Notes under the pieces: model-generated
The model's database searches: none
What the model saw: the letters and a program-made list of their open reading frames with translations, nothing else
What the model was told of the DNA's origin: nothing
Translations under genes and position numbers: made by a program
NCBI GenBank assembly: GCA_020137815.1
Contig: CM035360.1
Location: 4,030,001-4,094,000 of the forward strand
Origin: Hormiphora californensis
Taxonomy: Eukaryota; Animalia; Ctenophora
Direction: 5' to 3'
Length of the DNA: 64,000 nt
Shown: positions 1 to 12,485 of the stretch, one piece after another
Position numbering within the stretch: the stretch's first letter is position 1
Layout of the letters: every line of letters starts with the position of its first letter

Positions 1-2633
1 TCCTGACCATCCTCGGGCACCATTCCCACAACTTGGTTTGTCAAGGGCTACAACTACAATCTCATAGCAAAACAGGTAACACCAATCATTTTGTAGCAAA
101 ACAGGTAAGATAATATTCTTTTGCTGATGCGTCAGCTAACAAAACAATCAGCCTTTGACATACAACTATTATTCCCATGGCAATAAAACAATCAACAATT
201 TTCAGTGTTTCTGGAATTTCACGGAGGAGTCTCATATCAAGTTTGGGTTCGTCTACAACCTTGTTGTGTTTTTACTACTTTTCGCACTGCTAGCCTTTAT
301 GACTATTCTACTCACATTGGGGCTTTATGAGAGGCACAAAGTTCGGACTTCGCATGTCTAAAAAAGGGTAAGGCAAAAGTTAAATCAACTAAATTGTTCA
401 AGCTCTAACTTGTAAGTTTAAGTCGTTAACTCTAGTTAATAAAGACTTATAATGCTGTTTTTTATCAGGCCGCAGAACGCAGTATCCAATAACCATGCCC
501 GAGTAGCAGCCAAGGGGTCTGGTAAAAGCACGGGCAGCGGTGGGGATAAGGCTGGTGGGAGGGGTGAAAAACAGAAGACAGACTACAAACATGCCAGTTT
601 GATATCAATAGCGATAGGCGTGGTTTTCATGATATCTATATTACCATTTTACATTTATGGAATGATCCGATTCTACTCAAATGTAACTAACAAGTAAGTG
701 AAGGGGGTTGTCCAGGAAGAATTATTCCTTAAAGTTTTCCAAATCATACTATTTTTGGGGTAAGAGCTACAGAAGAGTCTGCACAAGTGAAAGTGGGAAA
801 TTACAAATCATTTCTTCAGGCTAGATAAAAACACTCAAATGTTACTACGTATGATAGCATTTTGGATGCTCTACCTAAGTCCAACCTTAAATCCCCTTTT
901 ATACGTCCTGCGCCTGCCCAACGTCAGAAATGAGGTAAGTAAAAGCTTTTCTAATGATGGTGGGGGACACACAAAACACAATAGCTGGGGACTCTGCTCT
1001 TCCGAAGTTAACAAATAATGATCTTACTATGTGACCGTATTGAGCTTGACTTGAGGGCCTATATCTTACAAACGTGAAGAAGAACGGGGAAGACTACTTA
1101 CTATAACTCATTGTACACAACCGCTAGTATATTAAATCGATATTGTATATCTTAGATTAGGGCTCGATTCTCCAGCTCACTTCGTCGGTTACTGAGTGAG
1201 TTTTGCGCTCGCATATCGTGTGCCTTTACTCCTCTTTCTCTTTACCTCTTTCTCTGTGCACGCACCCAAACATGTGCTTTTATATGTAGCCACCTTCATC
1301 AAGAATAATACCCATATATGGGCACTAACCTTGTTGAAATCTCAACAAGATAAACCCTGTGTCGCGGTCTCTATCGATCACGTACACATCACCCGCACAT
1401 CTGTAAAATACAGTATCATGGTTCCCCTGCTGCTCTACAATCGGTACAAGCCATCCTGATGGCAAACGCTGCAGTCCCCCTATATAGCCTGTCGAAAACG
1501 TTTGCACTGGTGGTCTGCTGCAGCGCATACCAAAGCGATATCTGTAAAGCTTCGTGGGAACCAGGTTACTAAGTCTATGACCCCTTCCTCTCTCATGTTG
1601 ATATGCGCTATGTCTGTGTAAATATGTTTTCTGTAGCTCGTACATCAACTTTTCAACTAAAATATTGTGAATAGCAGTGCATGAGTGAAACAACGCTATA
1701 CGTATCATATTCTATTAAATGTCGCACCGGAAATCTAGTAAATACAATTCACAAACACCACTCACCACCTTCCTCTGCTCCGCTAGTCACATAAAACCAC
1801 TGTTTTCAAAGCACACAAATCAGTTCAGACTGGTCCTGAATGTTAGTGACCACCCTGAATATTACAAACACCCCAGCCATGCACCACACCAAGCAATGCA
1901 TCACACCAAGCCATGAATCACGTAGCATAATATTGATCTGCGGATTGAGAGTTTCCCGAAAACCCAACACCACTTCATCTAGCTGGTAGACCGATCGAAC
2001 ACCGGGCTGAAGAGCATCAGAGATCAGACCACGCGGAGCATGCGCCGGATTAGCCGATCTGTGATGGGCCCTCCTCCCAACATGCACCCCATCAACCCTG
2101 TGGAGGGGTATACTGCAGCTGTTACTGTAGCGGAGGAAATAAGTTTGTTACGGCAGGGAGTCAGTGGAAATCAAGAGTGAGACTGCGTGCACGCTACCCA
2201 ATTATATTCAGCTCATAATGAGCTGCTCATTAACACGATACAATCTTGTAAAGCTTGAATGCGAATCTTAGTGAAGACTATTGTAGAGCTGAAAATGAGT
2301 GCTCGAAAATCATTAAACTGCTGAGTTTTAGGTTTGACAGTTGGCTACAGAATGATCCATAAAAATGCGATGTAATTCTTTCTAGACGACAAAACATTTT
2401 CGAAACATCTTACCCTCGGAAATACTTTATACTAAAATGATCAAATTTGTCAAATTTGCGAACAACTACATTATATATCTAGAAATCCAATCATCATTTA
2501 ATATCACATATATTTCCCATTTCAGTTGAGCAACAGATCGAAGGCCGGAACGTTCATGAAGTCGCTCCGAGAGGGGAACACCTTTCTCCTGAACAAACTT
2601 GTCCGTTTTAATTTGAGAACTCGCACCAGCTAG
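1..2633 (+). CDS. Rhodopsin-class (class A) GPCR, 3' part; exons ~<1-75, 206-367, 469-693, 820-934, 2526-2633
   Basis: GT-AG bounded exons encode hydrophobic TM5 (FGFVYNLVVFLLLFALL), TM6 (ISIAIGVVFMISILPFYIY) and TM7 with NPxxY (YLSPTLNPLLY), ending at TAG 2631-2633. Two extra G bases (~16, ~345) break the frame, from either assembly error or pseudogenisation. Confidence 0.8.
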
Positions 2634-2902
2634 GACAATTATTATAGCTGCTTTTTAGTGTTTTCAGACAGTCAGAACTCATATTGTATGAGATATATCC
2701 TCGTAAGATGACGAAGGCCGACAGCTTTTTGGTCTTGTGGATAGAAAATGTGTGTAAATTGATGCCAGTGTAACGTTTTCTTGTAAAAAATCAATACCGC
2801 CAGACGATCCACACCAAACAAAAGACTTGATATATTATGTATACTTGCCATGCTATAATGCTGTGTGTTTAAAGGCTGAATTGTACTGTATTTGGACGTA
2901 AA

Positions 2903-2971
2903 CTGTCTGGCGCCGCCGACCCGATCTGAGCACACTGAGAATCAAATTGGGGTATGGGCGCCGCCATACAG
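2903..2971. mobile_element. ~68-bp MITE, family 1 (CTGTC...TACAG/GACAG termini, 8-bp TSD). Other copies at ~16646-16713, 19157-19224, 21807-21879, 49110-49267 (x2), 50376-50441, 51858-51991
   Basis: TSD GACGTAAA on both sides here. TTCAAACA flanks the 16646 copy, GCCATATC the 50376 copy and GGCACACC the 51858 copy. Conserved core ggcgccgcgacccatctgagc. Confidence 0.8.
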
Positions 2972-3349
2972 GACGTAAAATATGCATAAAATACAGCACC
3001 GCACGTTTGGTGTAATATAGTTTCCGAAAACACAGCATTATGTTTCTCTAGATGACTGTATGTAATGTGTTGTAAAACCCCGTGAAATGTTTAACAGCTG
3101 CTATATGTTCATACGTAAGTAATACAATTATACCCAAAACAATGTCATAATCTTATTTTGGTGACAAATTTGAAGCCGAAAGACCGAAGAATGGAACAAG
3201 CTTTGAGTCGCTTGACACTGTTTCCGTGCTTTGCAATAAAGAGAAAGTTTGAACAATTCAAAAAACGTTAACGTCTCAACCGTTTTGGTCATCATCACAA
3301 AATACTTATTATTCCGCTTTGTAGCCTTAACTGCTAGAAGAGCAATTAC

Positions 3350-4400
3350 ATCTGCTTAATTCAAAGTATATCTGATAGGAAATCCCGAGCCCTAACCCAA
3401 AGGCCAAAACCCAGCCCCAGCCCTAGCTCCTAACCCTACTTTAGGTCTAACCCTTAAAAACCATGGATGCTGAAAATGTCAGCCTGACAATCAAGGATGG
3501 CAAATTCTCACGTTTGCCAGCGGGGCGCCGTTACGATCTGGGTGGTTGGTGGCCTGTTTACAGGTGCGCACTGCCAAAAAAGTACCCTGCACTAAAATGG
3601 CTCTAACCGCCAAACCACTCAACCGTTTCAGCTAATCCAAAGTATATCTGGTAGACAATTTCAAGGCCTAACCCTAACCCTACGTTAGCCTTGCCTGTGA
3701 GGGGATCGCCCTACGGGCGCGCGAACATGAGGGGCGCGACGTGCCCAAACTTTAGCCCTAACCCTAAAAACCCGTGAATGCTGACACTCACCCATATTTT
3801 AACGGGGGCGATTATAATCTGGGTGCCTTGTGCAGCGTGTTCACACCTAAAACCATTTAGACCGACTTTTTTCAAACGGCTATAGCCGCGCAACCACATG
3901 GCCGATTTGAGTAAACTAAGCGGTATCCGATAGAGAATCGATAGCCCTAACCGATAACCCCAAACAAAACCCTAACCCGACCCTAACAACAGCCCTAACC
4001 CGTCTCGACCGCCAAAATCGATAAATTGTTAGCAATGGAAGGCACGCAGATTTTAACGTTTTCCTTGTCAGCGCAGGGCGCGATTATAATCTGGGTGCCT
4101 TGCAGCCTGTTTACAGGTGCGCGCTACCAAAAGAGTATACTTAGACCGACTTTTTTCAAACGGCTATAGCCATTGAACCACATGGCCGATTTGAGAAAAC
4201 TAAACGGTATGAGTATCAGTTAGAGAATCGATAGCCCTAACCGATAACCCCAAACCAAACCAGACCCTAACGGATAGCCCTAACCCGTCGCGCGCGCCAA
4301 AACTACGAATTGTTAGCAATGAAAGGCACCCAGATTTTAACGTTTTCCGTCAGCGCACACTTTGCGGAAAAATCGCGTTTTAACGCTTTCTCCAAAACAT
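3350..4400. repeat. Interspersed repeat with degenerate CCCTAA(C) motifs and internal tandem duplication; related copies inverted at ~44750-45030 and ~63590-63650
   Basis: 4080-4350 is near-identical to the reverse complement of 44755-45025. 3800-4070 and 4075-4350 are diverged direct repeats. Confidence 0.7.
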
Positions 4401-4440
4401 CAGAGTGCACTGCCGCGCGTTATTTAAAGCAGTAACACGC

Positions 4441-4549
4441 TAAAGTCCGTTTCAAGCGACTTGGAATTTGGCGCATTGCGCGTGTATTTACAAAGGGGAA
4501 ATCCTGAATTTCCAGGAATCTCAGGTCAAGTCGTTTGAAACGCACTTTA
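4441..4549. mobile_element. ~110-bp MITE (TAAAG...CTTTA ends); second copy at 44069-44182
   Basis: TIR taaagtgcgtttcaaacgacttga / tcaagtcgtttgaaacgcacttta with a shared internal sequence in both copies. Confidence 0.65.
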
Positions 4550-4664
4550 AAATGTCAAAATACACTGAATGTACTGCGCCGCGCAGCTCAAACGTTGATT
4601 TTTTTAATTTCGTTCGCACGTGTTCTTTTTTTAAATTCTAAAAATGTCTTTTGGCCCAAAAAAA

Positions 4665-5550
4665 AATAAGCCTCTCGGAAATGTTCAGGTCCAACACAGC
4701 CGGCGTGATCTGTTTCCACCGATCACAGCTCATTACTGTGCCTACGCGTCGTTATTCGCTGTGATTAGTAATAAATCACACACTGTGCTCTATGGCGGTG
4801 CATGAGTGCACGATGAAATTTTCAACAAAAACATGAAAAAAAGAAAAAAAATGAAAAAGAAAAAAATAAAAATTTTTAAAAAATGAAAAAAACGATTTTT
4901 GGAAATTTTGTGTGCACTCATGCGCCACGTGAACGGCTCAAAAGTGCACGGTAAAAAATTGTTCCATTTTTTTGACAAATGTCCATTTGCCTCAAATTGT
5001 TTAGTCGTCCCTAACCGTCCGCCAAGCTTGCCACGTCGTCCGAGCTGTACCCGCTAAGTGTTTACCAGTATGGGCATGGAAGGGCAGTCTTAAATGGTTT
5101 GGACGGCAGGTGAATTGGGCTAAATGGCTTTGAACGGCTCGTAACAGGCTTCGAGACGGGCAATGCACGCGCTTATCATTCATAAACCTAGTAAATGTCA
5201 ATTCAACCTGAATGTCGGCCGCGCGTTCAAACGTAAAAAGGTCATATTTCGTTCGCAGCCTCTGTTTTTTAAATCTAAATGCTTGGGGGCTACCTGGATT
5301 CATTTTTGGTAGTGTAGGGGCCCGACCGTGGAAGACCCTACGGGAAAACATTTTGGGCAAAATTCCTTGTTTGCCTTTGTTTTGAATATTTAAAAATATT
5401 CAAACTTCAAGACAAAAATAAGCCTCTCGGAAACGGGAAATGTTCAGGTCCAACACAGCCGGCGTGATCTGTTTCCACCGATCACAGCTCATTACTGTGC
5501 CTACGCGTCGTTATTCGCTGCGATTAGTAAAAAAATCACACACTGTGCTC
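4665..5550 (+). repeat. ~125-bp direct repeat (4665-4789 and ~5416-5550) bracketing ~620 bp
   Basis: aaataagcctctcggaaa...aatcacacactgtgctc occurs twice, nearly identical. Confidence 0.7.
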
Positions 5551-5874
5551 CGTGCTCGACCTGTCTGAACGTTTCAGAGATTGTTTTGCTCATCCGTTAT
5601 CGATTTCATAATTTTGAATTTTCAATTTGAATCAATTTTCTTGACATGTGCTGGCGATGCAGTCCAAAAGGGTCTGCAGCGTAGGCAAAATAATTCTCCA
5701 TTTTCCTGAAATATGACTGTTTTTTTGTGTTCGCGTTACATAGCGATATGTGAAGGCGGGGAACACAGCGTCATGGATACATTATTCTTGTTTACTTTGG
5801 ACAGTTCACTTTGTAGTGTGAGAGTGATTGTCACGTGACAGTTTTCACAAAATCAAAACTTCAGCACAGGAAGA

Positions 5875-6363
5875 ATGCCACAATTAGTTGATAACCCGAC
5901 TGGAGTTACGGTACGAACGACAATGGGAGACATCACCATCGAACTATACTGGAAACACGCTCCAAAAACCTGCAAAAACTTTGCCGAACTGTCGAGGAAA
6001 AAGTACTACAACAACACGATATTTCATCGAATTATCCCTGGATTTATAGTGCAGGGTGGTGACCCAACTGGAACGGGACGAGGCGGGAAGTCAATTTACG
6101 GAGAGACTTTCGCTGATGAGATCCACCCGGGACTAAAACACGCTGGAGCAGGAATCATATCTATGGCAAATAGTGGCCCAGACACAAATGGAAGTCAGTT
6201 TTTCCTAACCCTCGGTCCTACCTCACATTTGGATGGAAAACATGCCATTTTTGGGAGGGTCTGTAAGGGTATTGGTATTCTAAACAGATTGGGAAGTGTA
6301 CAGACGGATCAGGATGACAGACCGACTGATCCGATTAAAATTGTTGACACTATACTTGTGTGA
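5875..6363 (+). CDS. PPIL1: Cyclophilin-type peptidyl-prolyl isomerase-like 1 (spliceosomal), intronless
   Basis: 162 aa with ELYWKHAPKTCKNFAEL, FHRII..F..QGGDPTGTGRGG, SMANSGPDTNGSQFF and HLDGKHAIFGRV, all typical of PPIL1. Confidence 0.93.
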   Translation: MPQLVDNPTGVTVRTTMGDITIELYWKHAPKTCKNFAELSRKKYYNNTIFHRIIPGFIVQGGDPTGTGRGGKSIYGETFADEIHPGLKHAGAGIISMANSGPDTNGSQFFLTLGPTSHLDGKHAIFGRVCKGIGILNRLGSVQTDQDDRPTDPIKIVDTILV

Positions 6364-6589
6364 GTTATTACAGCATATAATATTCTTATTTTTACATCAT
6401 TCTTTCCTTATTTTATCGATCTATGAATAGCCCTTTTGGTCTGAATTTTACCAACACCTTTTTAGCCGATACTCTACCCGACTTTATCTATCAGCTAGAC
6501 TATATATGTCTGAAGAATCTACCTCGTCCCTCCCGATCTTGATTTAATGCTAACAACTACTTCCTATTGCACTGTGTAGATATGACAGA

Positions 6590-9500
6590 ATGAAGAACAA
6601 GGAGAATGGGATGTACTGGGCCCTCATTTTCGGGCTTTCCTGGTACTTTTTTAGCTTTTGCACCCTTATGCTCAACAAGTACATGTTGTCAGAGAGAAAT
6701 GTTGATCCACGGTTCTTGGGAGTTTTTCAGGTTAGTTTTTATCGCAGTTTTTAAGTTTTGTGTCGGTTGCAGCATACTCGCCTGAGATTCTCTTTTTCAT
6801 GCTTTGTGCAATTTAGTAATTGTCGTGTAATTGTATCCCCCTTTTCTTTTTTTACTCACATTCAAATTTTACCTCCGCTCCCCCGCCCAATATCAGTATT
6901 GTATTTCAATTTTCAGATGGTCCTCACAACGACGGTAGGGTTGGTTCAAATTGGAATTCCATCTCTCCTGATCGGTCTCCACGATCCCAACCGATTCTCC
7001 CCGAGATTCGTGAGGAGTATGGCGCTGGTGGGCGGGATGAGATTCCTAACTGTAGTTCTAGGTCTAGTCAGTCTGAAGGCGGTTGCTGCTTCTTTTGTCG
7101 AGACAGTCAAATCTTCTGCTCCCTTGTTTACTGTTTTGGCTTCGTGGATGGTACTGGGGGAGAGAACAGGTAAAATACAATATTGGGTGATGGGTAAGGG
7201 TTTTTAGTTGTTGTGATGATGATGATGAGGTTTTAGCCGATCTTACAGCACAAACGACCATGGTTATTTTATTTAGTCTGACAGTGTATAAATATCAGTT
7301 CACACTTCGCTTGCACTTTAAAATATGCCTTACACCGAAGTGTCTGTAAGGATAAATTCACGTTTGTACCTAGAGAGCTAGAATTGCTAAAAAATATATA
7401 AGATAAATAAATAAAATAAATAAAAAATAAAAGGAATTTGTAACTAAAACATGTAATATGTAGGAACAAGATTTTTATTATAAAATATCTTCTCTAGCTG
7501 CAGGCTGCTATCTCACTTTCTCTCTCACACAACTATAACCTGAATAACATTTCAGGGCTGCTGATCAACTTTTCTCTTCTCCCAATTATGAGTGGACTGG
7601 CCCTGTGTGCTTTTACTGAACTCAGCTTCAACATGGTGGGATTTGGAGCAGCGTTCTCTAACAACGTTGTAGATTGGTAAGTTGTTGATAGTGTTGTTGT
7701 AGTAGGACCAGGGCTGCAACACGTGAACCCACTCTCCCTTGTTAAAGTATCAATATTACTCCCTCTCTATGTCTAGTGTCTCTGTACCTGAGATGTATCT
7801 GTACCTTTATCTTCCACCTCGTTGTACGTGGGGGTAGGAGTGTGGTTGTTGTTTTTTATTATAGATCTCTGTCCCTGTATCTGTTTCTCGTTGTACGTGG
7901 TTCAGTGAAATTTGAAATTTCTACGAAATTACCTCATCTCACTTGATTTCACATTGGACCAAAGTCTCCAGAGACCCCACCCATCTTACTATCTATCTAC
8001 TGTACTATACACATGCATTTATTATTGTGTACTGCTAGTTGCTACTGTTTGCTTCATATAATCCTGCTTTGCTTTTCGAAATACTTGCAGCTTGCTATCA
8101 AATTACAGTACAAATCCTTATTTTGAGTTTTTTTCCTTTCAAACGTTTCCATCAATTGATCAATAGAAATGTCTGAAGATAGTTGAGTTGTTCATATCAC
8201 AGAACAGTGTCAGGCGATCCAACAAGATGTCAGATAAGGACCCGATAAAGGGCACCAACTCGGCGGAGGACTATGGCAGCACTGACAACACCACCGACAA
8301 ACCAACAGACACCACAGACAAACCAACATATACCGTCCAGGAAGCACTAAACCACGCTGGAGTAGGACCCGGAACCGTGATACCCATATTCTGTGCCCTA
8401 ATCTCACAGTTCACTGAAGGAGCAGAGTATACAGTCCTTGGCACGATAATACCCAAACTAAAGTGTGAGTGGTCCCTTTCCCAACTCCAAGTGGCTATCA
8501 TACCCTTCACAATAATCCTCTCTGCAATATCTGGCGGGGTCGCTGGGGGACATCTTATTACTCGGTTTGGTCGGCTCTACAACATAATCATCTTTACTTT
8601 TCTCTCTTCAATTGCTGCTATAGCATCTGCCATGGCAGCGAGTTTCGTTCAGTTTCTCATATTTCGTGGAATCACGGTACTGTTTTTAGAAATAGCAACA
8701 TCGGCAATAACTATTTACTCAGTAGAGTATTCGCCCGTTTGGACCCGACCCTATGTGTTCACTGCCCAGTCCATTTCTTACGGAATCGGTGCGCTAACTG
8801 CCGCCCTTACCGCCAGAGCTCTCCTTGAGTCTTCTGGCTGGAGGGTCGTCTTAGTCATTCTCTCCGTGCCCGGATTTATCGGAGCCCTAGCCTCCCTGAC
8901 CCAACGGGAATCAGCCTTTTATGATATCGCATGTGACAGATTGGACTCCGCTAAAACTACTATAACCAACATATGGCGTTTGAATAAGACAACACCCCTG
9001 GAGGGAGAGTTGGTAAAACACAATGTCGGTGACCCCACTGAGATCTCACTCCTACAACTCCCCTATAAGGACAGCACCTTCCAACGGCATACCTTAGCTT
9101 TCATGTTCGTCAGTATCTCACAGTATCTCACTTGGTCATTGTTAATGTTTGGAGGACCCAGGATGTATAATGAAGGCTACTGTGGCAGCGAGTTTGGGTC
9201 CTCCAATCACACAGCTAATTGCCATACATACAGTGACAAGTCTCTCTCAATGTTGGCGCTAGGTATGACAGGAGATATTGCCGGTGCAGGGATAATGTTA
9301 GTTGTTAATATGTATATATCGAGGATTCTGTCGATCAGGACCATTGTTGGAGCGTTAGCAGCGCTCCTTTTTGCGCTACTCATCTGCATTGGAGGGAGTA
9401 TCAAACTGGTGATCAACATTGTCTTACTGAAGTTTGCAAAGTCGTGTAGCTTTACAATTTTCAAACTTTATTCCAACGAGGTCTACCCCACTGATCAACG

Positions 9501-10532
9501 AGCAATGTTACAAGGCTACCTGCTGAGCACAGGTCGGTTGTTTAGTATCGGAACAGCGGTAGCGGCACTATTACTGAGTCTGGACAACTATCCGTACCTT
9601 ATTGGAGGTATTGGTGGGGTTTCGAGTGTGGCGTTTGTAATGACATTCTTGTTCCAAAAAGAGACACGAACCAGTATTTTGGAGTGATCTATTGGAAAAT
9701 TATTGTGTTAATTATAAAATTGTGTTTTTGTAACTTCCACAGCGTGACAATTTAGCGTGTATACGGCACGTTTTCAAGCTATCTTGTATTCCTTTGTATT
9801 CTGTACTGTTTTCAAATCCGGCCTCCAAAACCAAACTTTTTTATCCCCCTAGCTTTTAGTAATAAAATTACCCCTAGTCCCTACCTTGCGGGCACTATCG
9901 CGATGTCTCTACGAGGGGTAATTTCGTTACCAACCCTAGCTCCTAGATAACCTGGGATAGGTTTCTAGAAAGTACTAATCATTCAGGCTATCCAGGACAT
10001 TACATAAAGAATTCAACTAAACAAACAAACCCCCTTTTCAGTGTCCAAAACGTGTACAGTAAAAAGTTAATGTCAGATGAAATCAGTGGCGTTAGTGCAA
10101 ATGAGCTACAGTTTTATACTTCGCTATCTGCTACATGCTTACAGGTTATAACTTATACTCTCTCTTAGATATTTGAAATACATATATATTTCGGTGTCGA
10201 GATTCTTCCGACCTGCCGACATGTGTATTTGAAATACATATATATTTGAAATACATATATATTCGGGTCTGCCTGAGATACGTCATAGGGAAAAAAACAA
10301 ACCAATAAAAAAACATACTACAACAACAAAACAAAACCAAAAATTCATAACAACCCACCCCTTCAACAAAAAAAATAACAAGGAACTAACCGCCTCTACC
10401 TCGAGAAGAACTACACTACAAAACCAGACCAACAGATCTCTCTCCTCTCTCTATCTCCTCTCTCTCACTCTCATCATCTCTTCTCTCTCTCTCTCATCTC
10501 CTCTCTCTCCACTCATCTCTCTCTCTCTCTGC

Positions 10533-10571
<39 letters not shown>

Positions 10572-12485
10572 TCTCTCCTACTCCCGGCTCATCTCTTCTC
10601 GTCTCTCTCTACTCTCCTATCTACGCAGTCTCTCTTCCAATCTCTCTCGTTGCTTCTGCTATGTCTTTCATCTTCTCTATGCTCTCTCTCTCGTTGATCT
10701 TACTATACCCTCTTCGTCCGTTGTGGCTGTTTCCAGGCCTTCGGTCAGCAATGTCCCCTGTTGCTCTTACGTACTTTGTTCCAATGAAGCTTCTATCGTT
10801 GATACTATTCCGTTTCAAGTAGACTGTTTGTTTGTTTGTTTGTTTGTTGTGTTTGTTTGTTTGTTTGTTTGTTTGTTTGTTTGTTGTTTGTTTGTTGTTT
10901 GTTTGTTTGTTGTTTGTTTGTCTGTCTGTCTGTTTGTTGTTTGTTTGTTGTTTGTTTGTTTGTCTGTTTGTTCGTTTGTTTGTTTGTTTGTTTGTTTGTT
11001 TGTTTGTTTGTTTGTTGTTTGTTTGTTTGTGTGTTTGTTTGTTTGTTTGTTTGTTTGTTGTTTGTTTGTTGTTTGTTTGTTTGTTTGTTTGTTTGTGTTT
11101 GTTTCGTTTGTTGTTTGTTGTTTGTTTGTTTGTTGTTTGTTGTTTGTTTGTTTGTTTGTTGTTTGTTTGTTTGTGTGTTTGTTTGTTTGTTTGTTTGTTT
11201 GTTGTTTGTTTGTTGTTTGTTTGTTTGTTTGTTTGTTTTGTTACGTTTGTTTGTTTGTTGTTTGTTTGTTTGGTTGTTTGTTGTTTGTTTGTTTGTTTGT
11301 TTGTTTGTTTGTTGTTTGTTTGTTTGTTTGTTTGTTTGTTTGTTTGTTTGTTTGTTTGTTTGTTTGTTTGTTTGTTTGTTTGTTTGTTTGTTTGTTTGTT
11401 TGTTGTTTGTTTGTTTGTTTGTTTGTTTGTTTGTTGTTTGTTTGTTTGTTGTTTGTTTGTTTGTTTGTTTGTTTGTTGTTTGTTTGTTTGTTTGTTTGTT
11501 TGTTTGTTTGTTTGTTTGTTTGTTTGTTTGTTGTTTGTTTGTTTGTTTATTTGTTTGTTTATTTGTTTGTTAGTTGTTTGTTTGTTGTTTGTTTGTTGTT
11601 TGTTTGTTTGTTTGTTTGTTTGTTTGTTGTTTGTTTGTTGTTTGTTTGTTGTTTGTTGTTTGTTTGTTGTTTGTTGTTGGTTTGTTTGTTTGTTTGTTTG
11701 TTTGTTTGTTGGTTTGTTTGTTTGTTTGTTTGTTTGTTTGTTTGTTTGTTTGTTTGTTTGTTTGTTTGTTTGTTTGTTTGGAAACATCTTCTGAATAATG
11801 TCATAGGAAAATCTTGTGTTGCGGAGAGTTAACATTGTGCAATCCTTTCCGGAGAGCTTATCGACAAGAAAATCATGTCATATAAGGGAAGGTGGGGAAG
11901 GGGGAAGGGTATATGTAGATATTGTATAATAATTCAACTCTCTCTCTCTCTCTCTCTCGCTCTGTATTTGTGTGCTGCAGTGAGGCATGTGTTTACCACC
12001 CACGCATCACGATTCTCTGGCACATTAACAACAATAAAGTTGCCTTGCTCAACCCTGCCTGAAAAATAAAAAAGGTTTGAACAAAGCAGCAATAAAGAAC
12101 ACAATGGGGGCTTCTAATTATGCCAAGTGTATAGGAGTTTGTACCAATCCTTTATACACGTAGGACAATCCCCTGCCCCCTCTAAACTCGGAGTTAAACA
12201 TCCTAGTTGCATAGATACACATTTAGCACTGTCCACAACTTCTTTGATTCAAGTATAATCTAACACAATATCTAACACTTTTTCAGTGTTGCAAACACCG
12301 TCAAAAGAGGACTACTAATCTGGCTGTCTGTTATGGTATTTGGTAATAAGGTCTCTGTTTACAATTGGATGGGTGCTGGACTGGTCATTGCGGGTGTGTT
12401 CTTGTACAACGAGGCGAAAAAACGGACTGAGCTGGAGAGGAGAGCGAGTTTTAGACATACAGCCTCAAAAACAATAATGATGTAG
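6590..12485 (+). CDS. SLC35E2: SLC35E2-like nucleotide-sugar/triose-phosphate transporter; exons 6590-6730, 6917-7169, 7556-7676, 10042-10144, (one internal exon not found), 12287-12485
   Basis: Phase-compatible GT-AG exons give WYFFSFCTLMLNKY, VAASFVETVKSSAPLFTV, LLPIMSGLALCAFTELSFN, NNVVDCVQNVYSKKLM, ELQFYTS and SVANTVKRGLLIWLSV..FGN..GVFLYN. Confidence 0.85.
8227..9687 (+). CDS. MFS transporter, SV2/SVOP-like, intronless, nested in SLC35E2 intron 3
   Basis: 486-aa ORF from ATG 8227 with ~12 TM segments. Motifs LKCEWSLS, RFGR, R..G, VEYSP..TR, GWR and YSNEVYPT..RA match the SV2/SVOP sugar-porter family. Confidence 0.88.
   Translation: MSDKDPIKGTNSAEDYGSTDNTTDKPTDTTDKPTYTVQEALNHAGVGPGTVIPIFCALISQFTEGAEYTVLGTIIPKLKCEWSLSQLQVAIIPFTIILSAISGGVAGGHLITRFGRLYNIIIFTFLSSIAAIASAMAASFVQFLIFRGITVLFLEIATSAITIYSVEYSPVWTRPYVFTAQSISYGIGALTAALTARALLESSGWRVVLVILSVPGFIGALASLTQRESAFYDIACDRLDSAKTTITNIWRLNKTTPLEGELVKHNVGDPTEISLLQLPYKDSTFQRHTLAFMFVSISQYLTWSLLMFGGPRMYNEGYCGSEFGSSNHTANCHTYSDKSLSMLALGMTGDIAGAGIMLVVNMYISRILSIRTIVGALAALLFALLICIGGSIKLVINIVLLKFAKSCSFTIFKLYSNEVYPTDQRAMLQGYLLSTGRLFSIGTAVAALLLSLDNYPYLIGGIGGVSSVAFVMTFLFQKETRTSILE
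10437..10700. repeat. Degenerate (CT)n microsatellite
   Basis: CT-rich tract with irregular indels. Confidence 0.85.
10826..11780. repeat. (GTTT)n/(GTT)n microsatellite, ~950 bp
   Basis: Direct inspection. It generates the spurious FVCL/TNKQ ORFs. Confidence 0.97.

Noticed and set aside
1196-2087. Short ORFs in the GPCR intron
   Set aside because: They have no recognisable domain or splice structure, and may be decayed repeat.
3380-4290. Telomere
   Set aside because: The CCCTAA motifs are scattered and degenerate within an interspersed repeat.
10621-11835. Long ORFs (FVCL/TNKQ repeats)
   Set aside because: They are translations of a (GTTT)n microsatellite.
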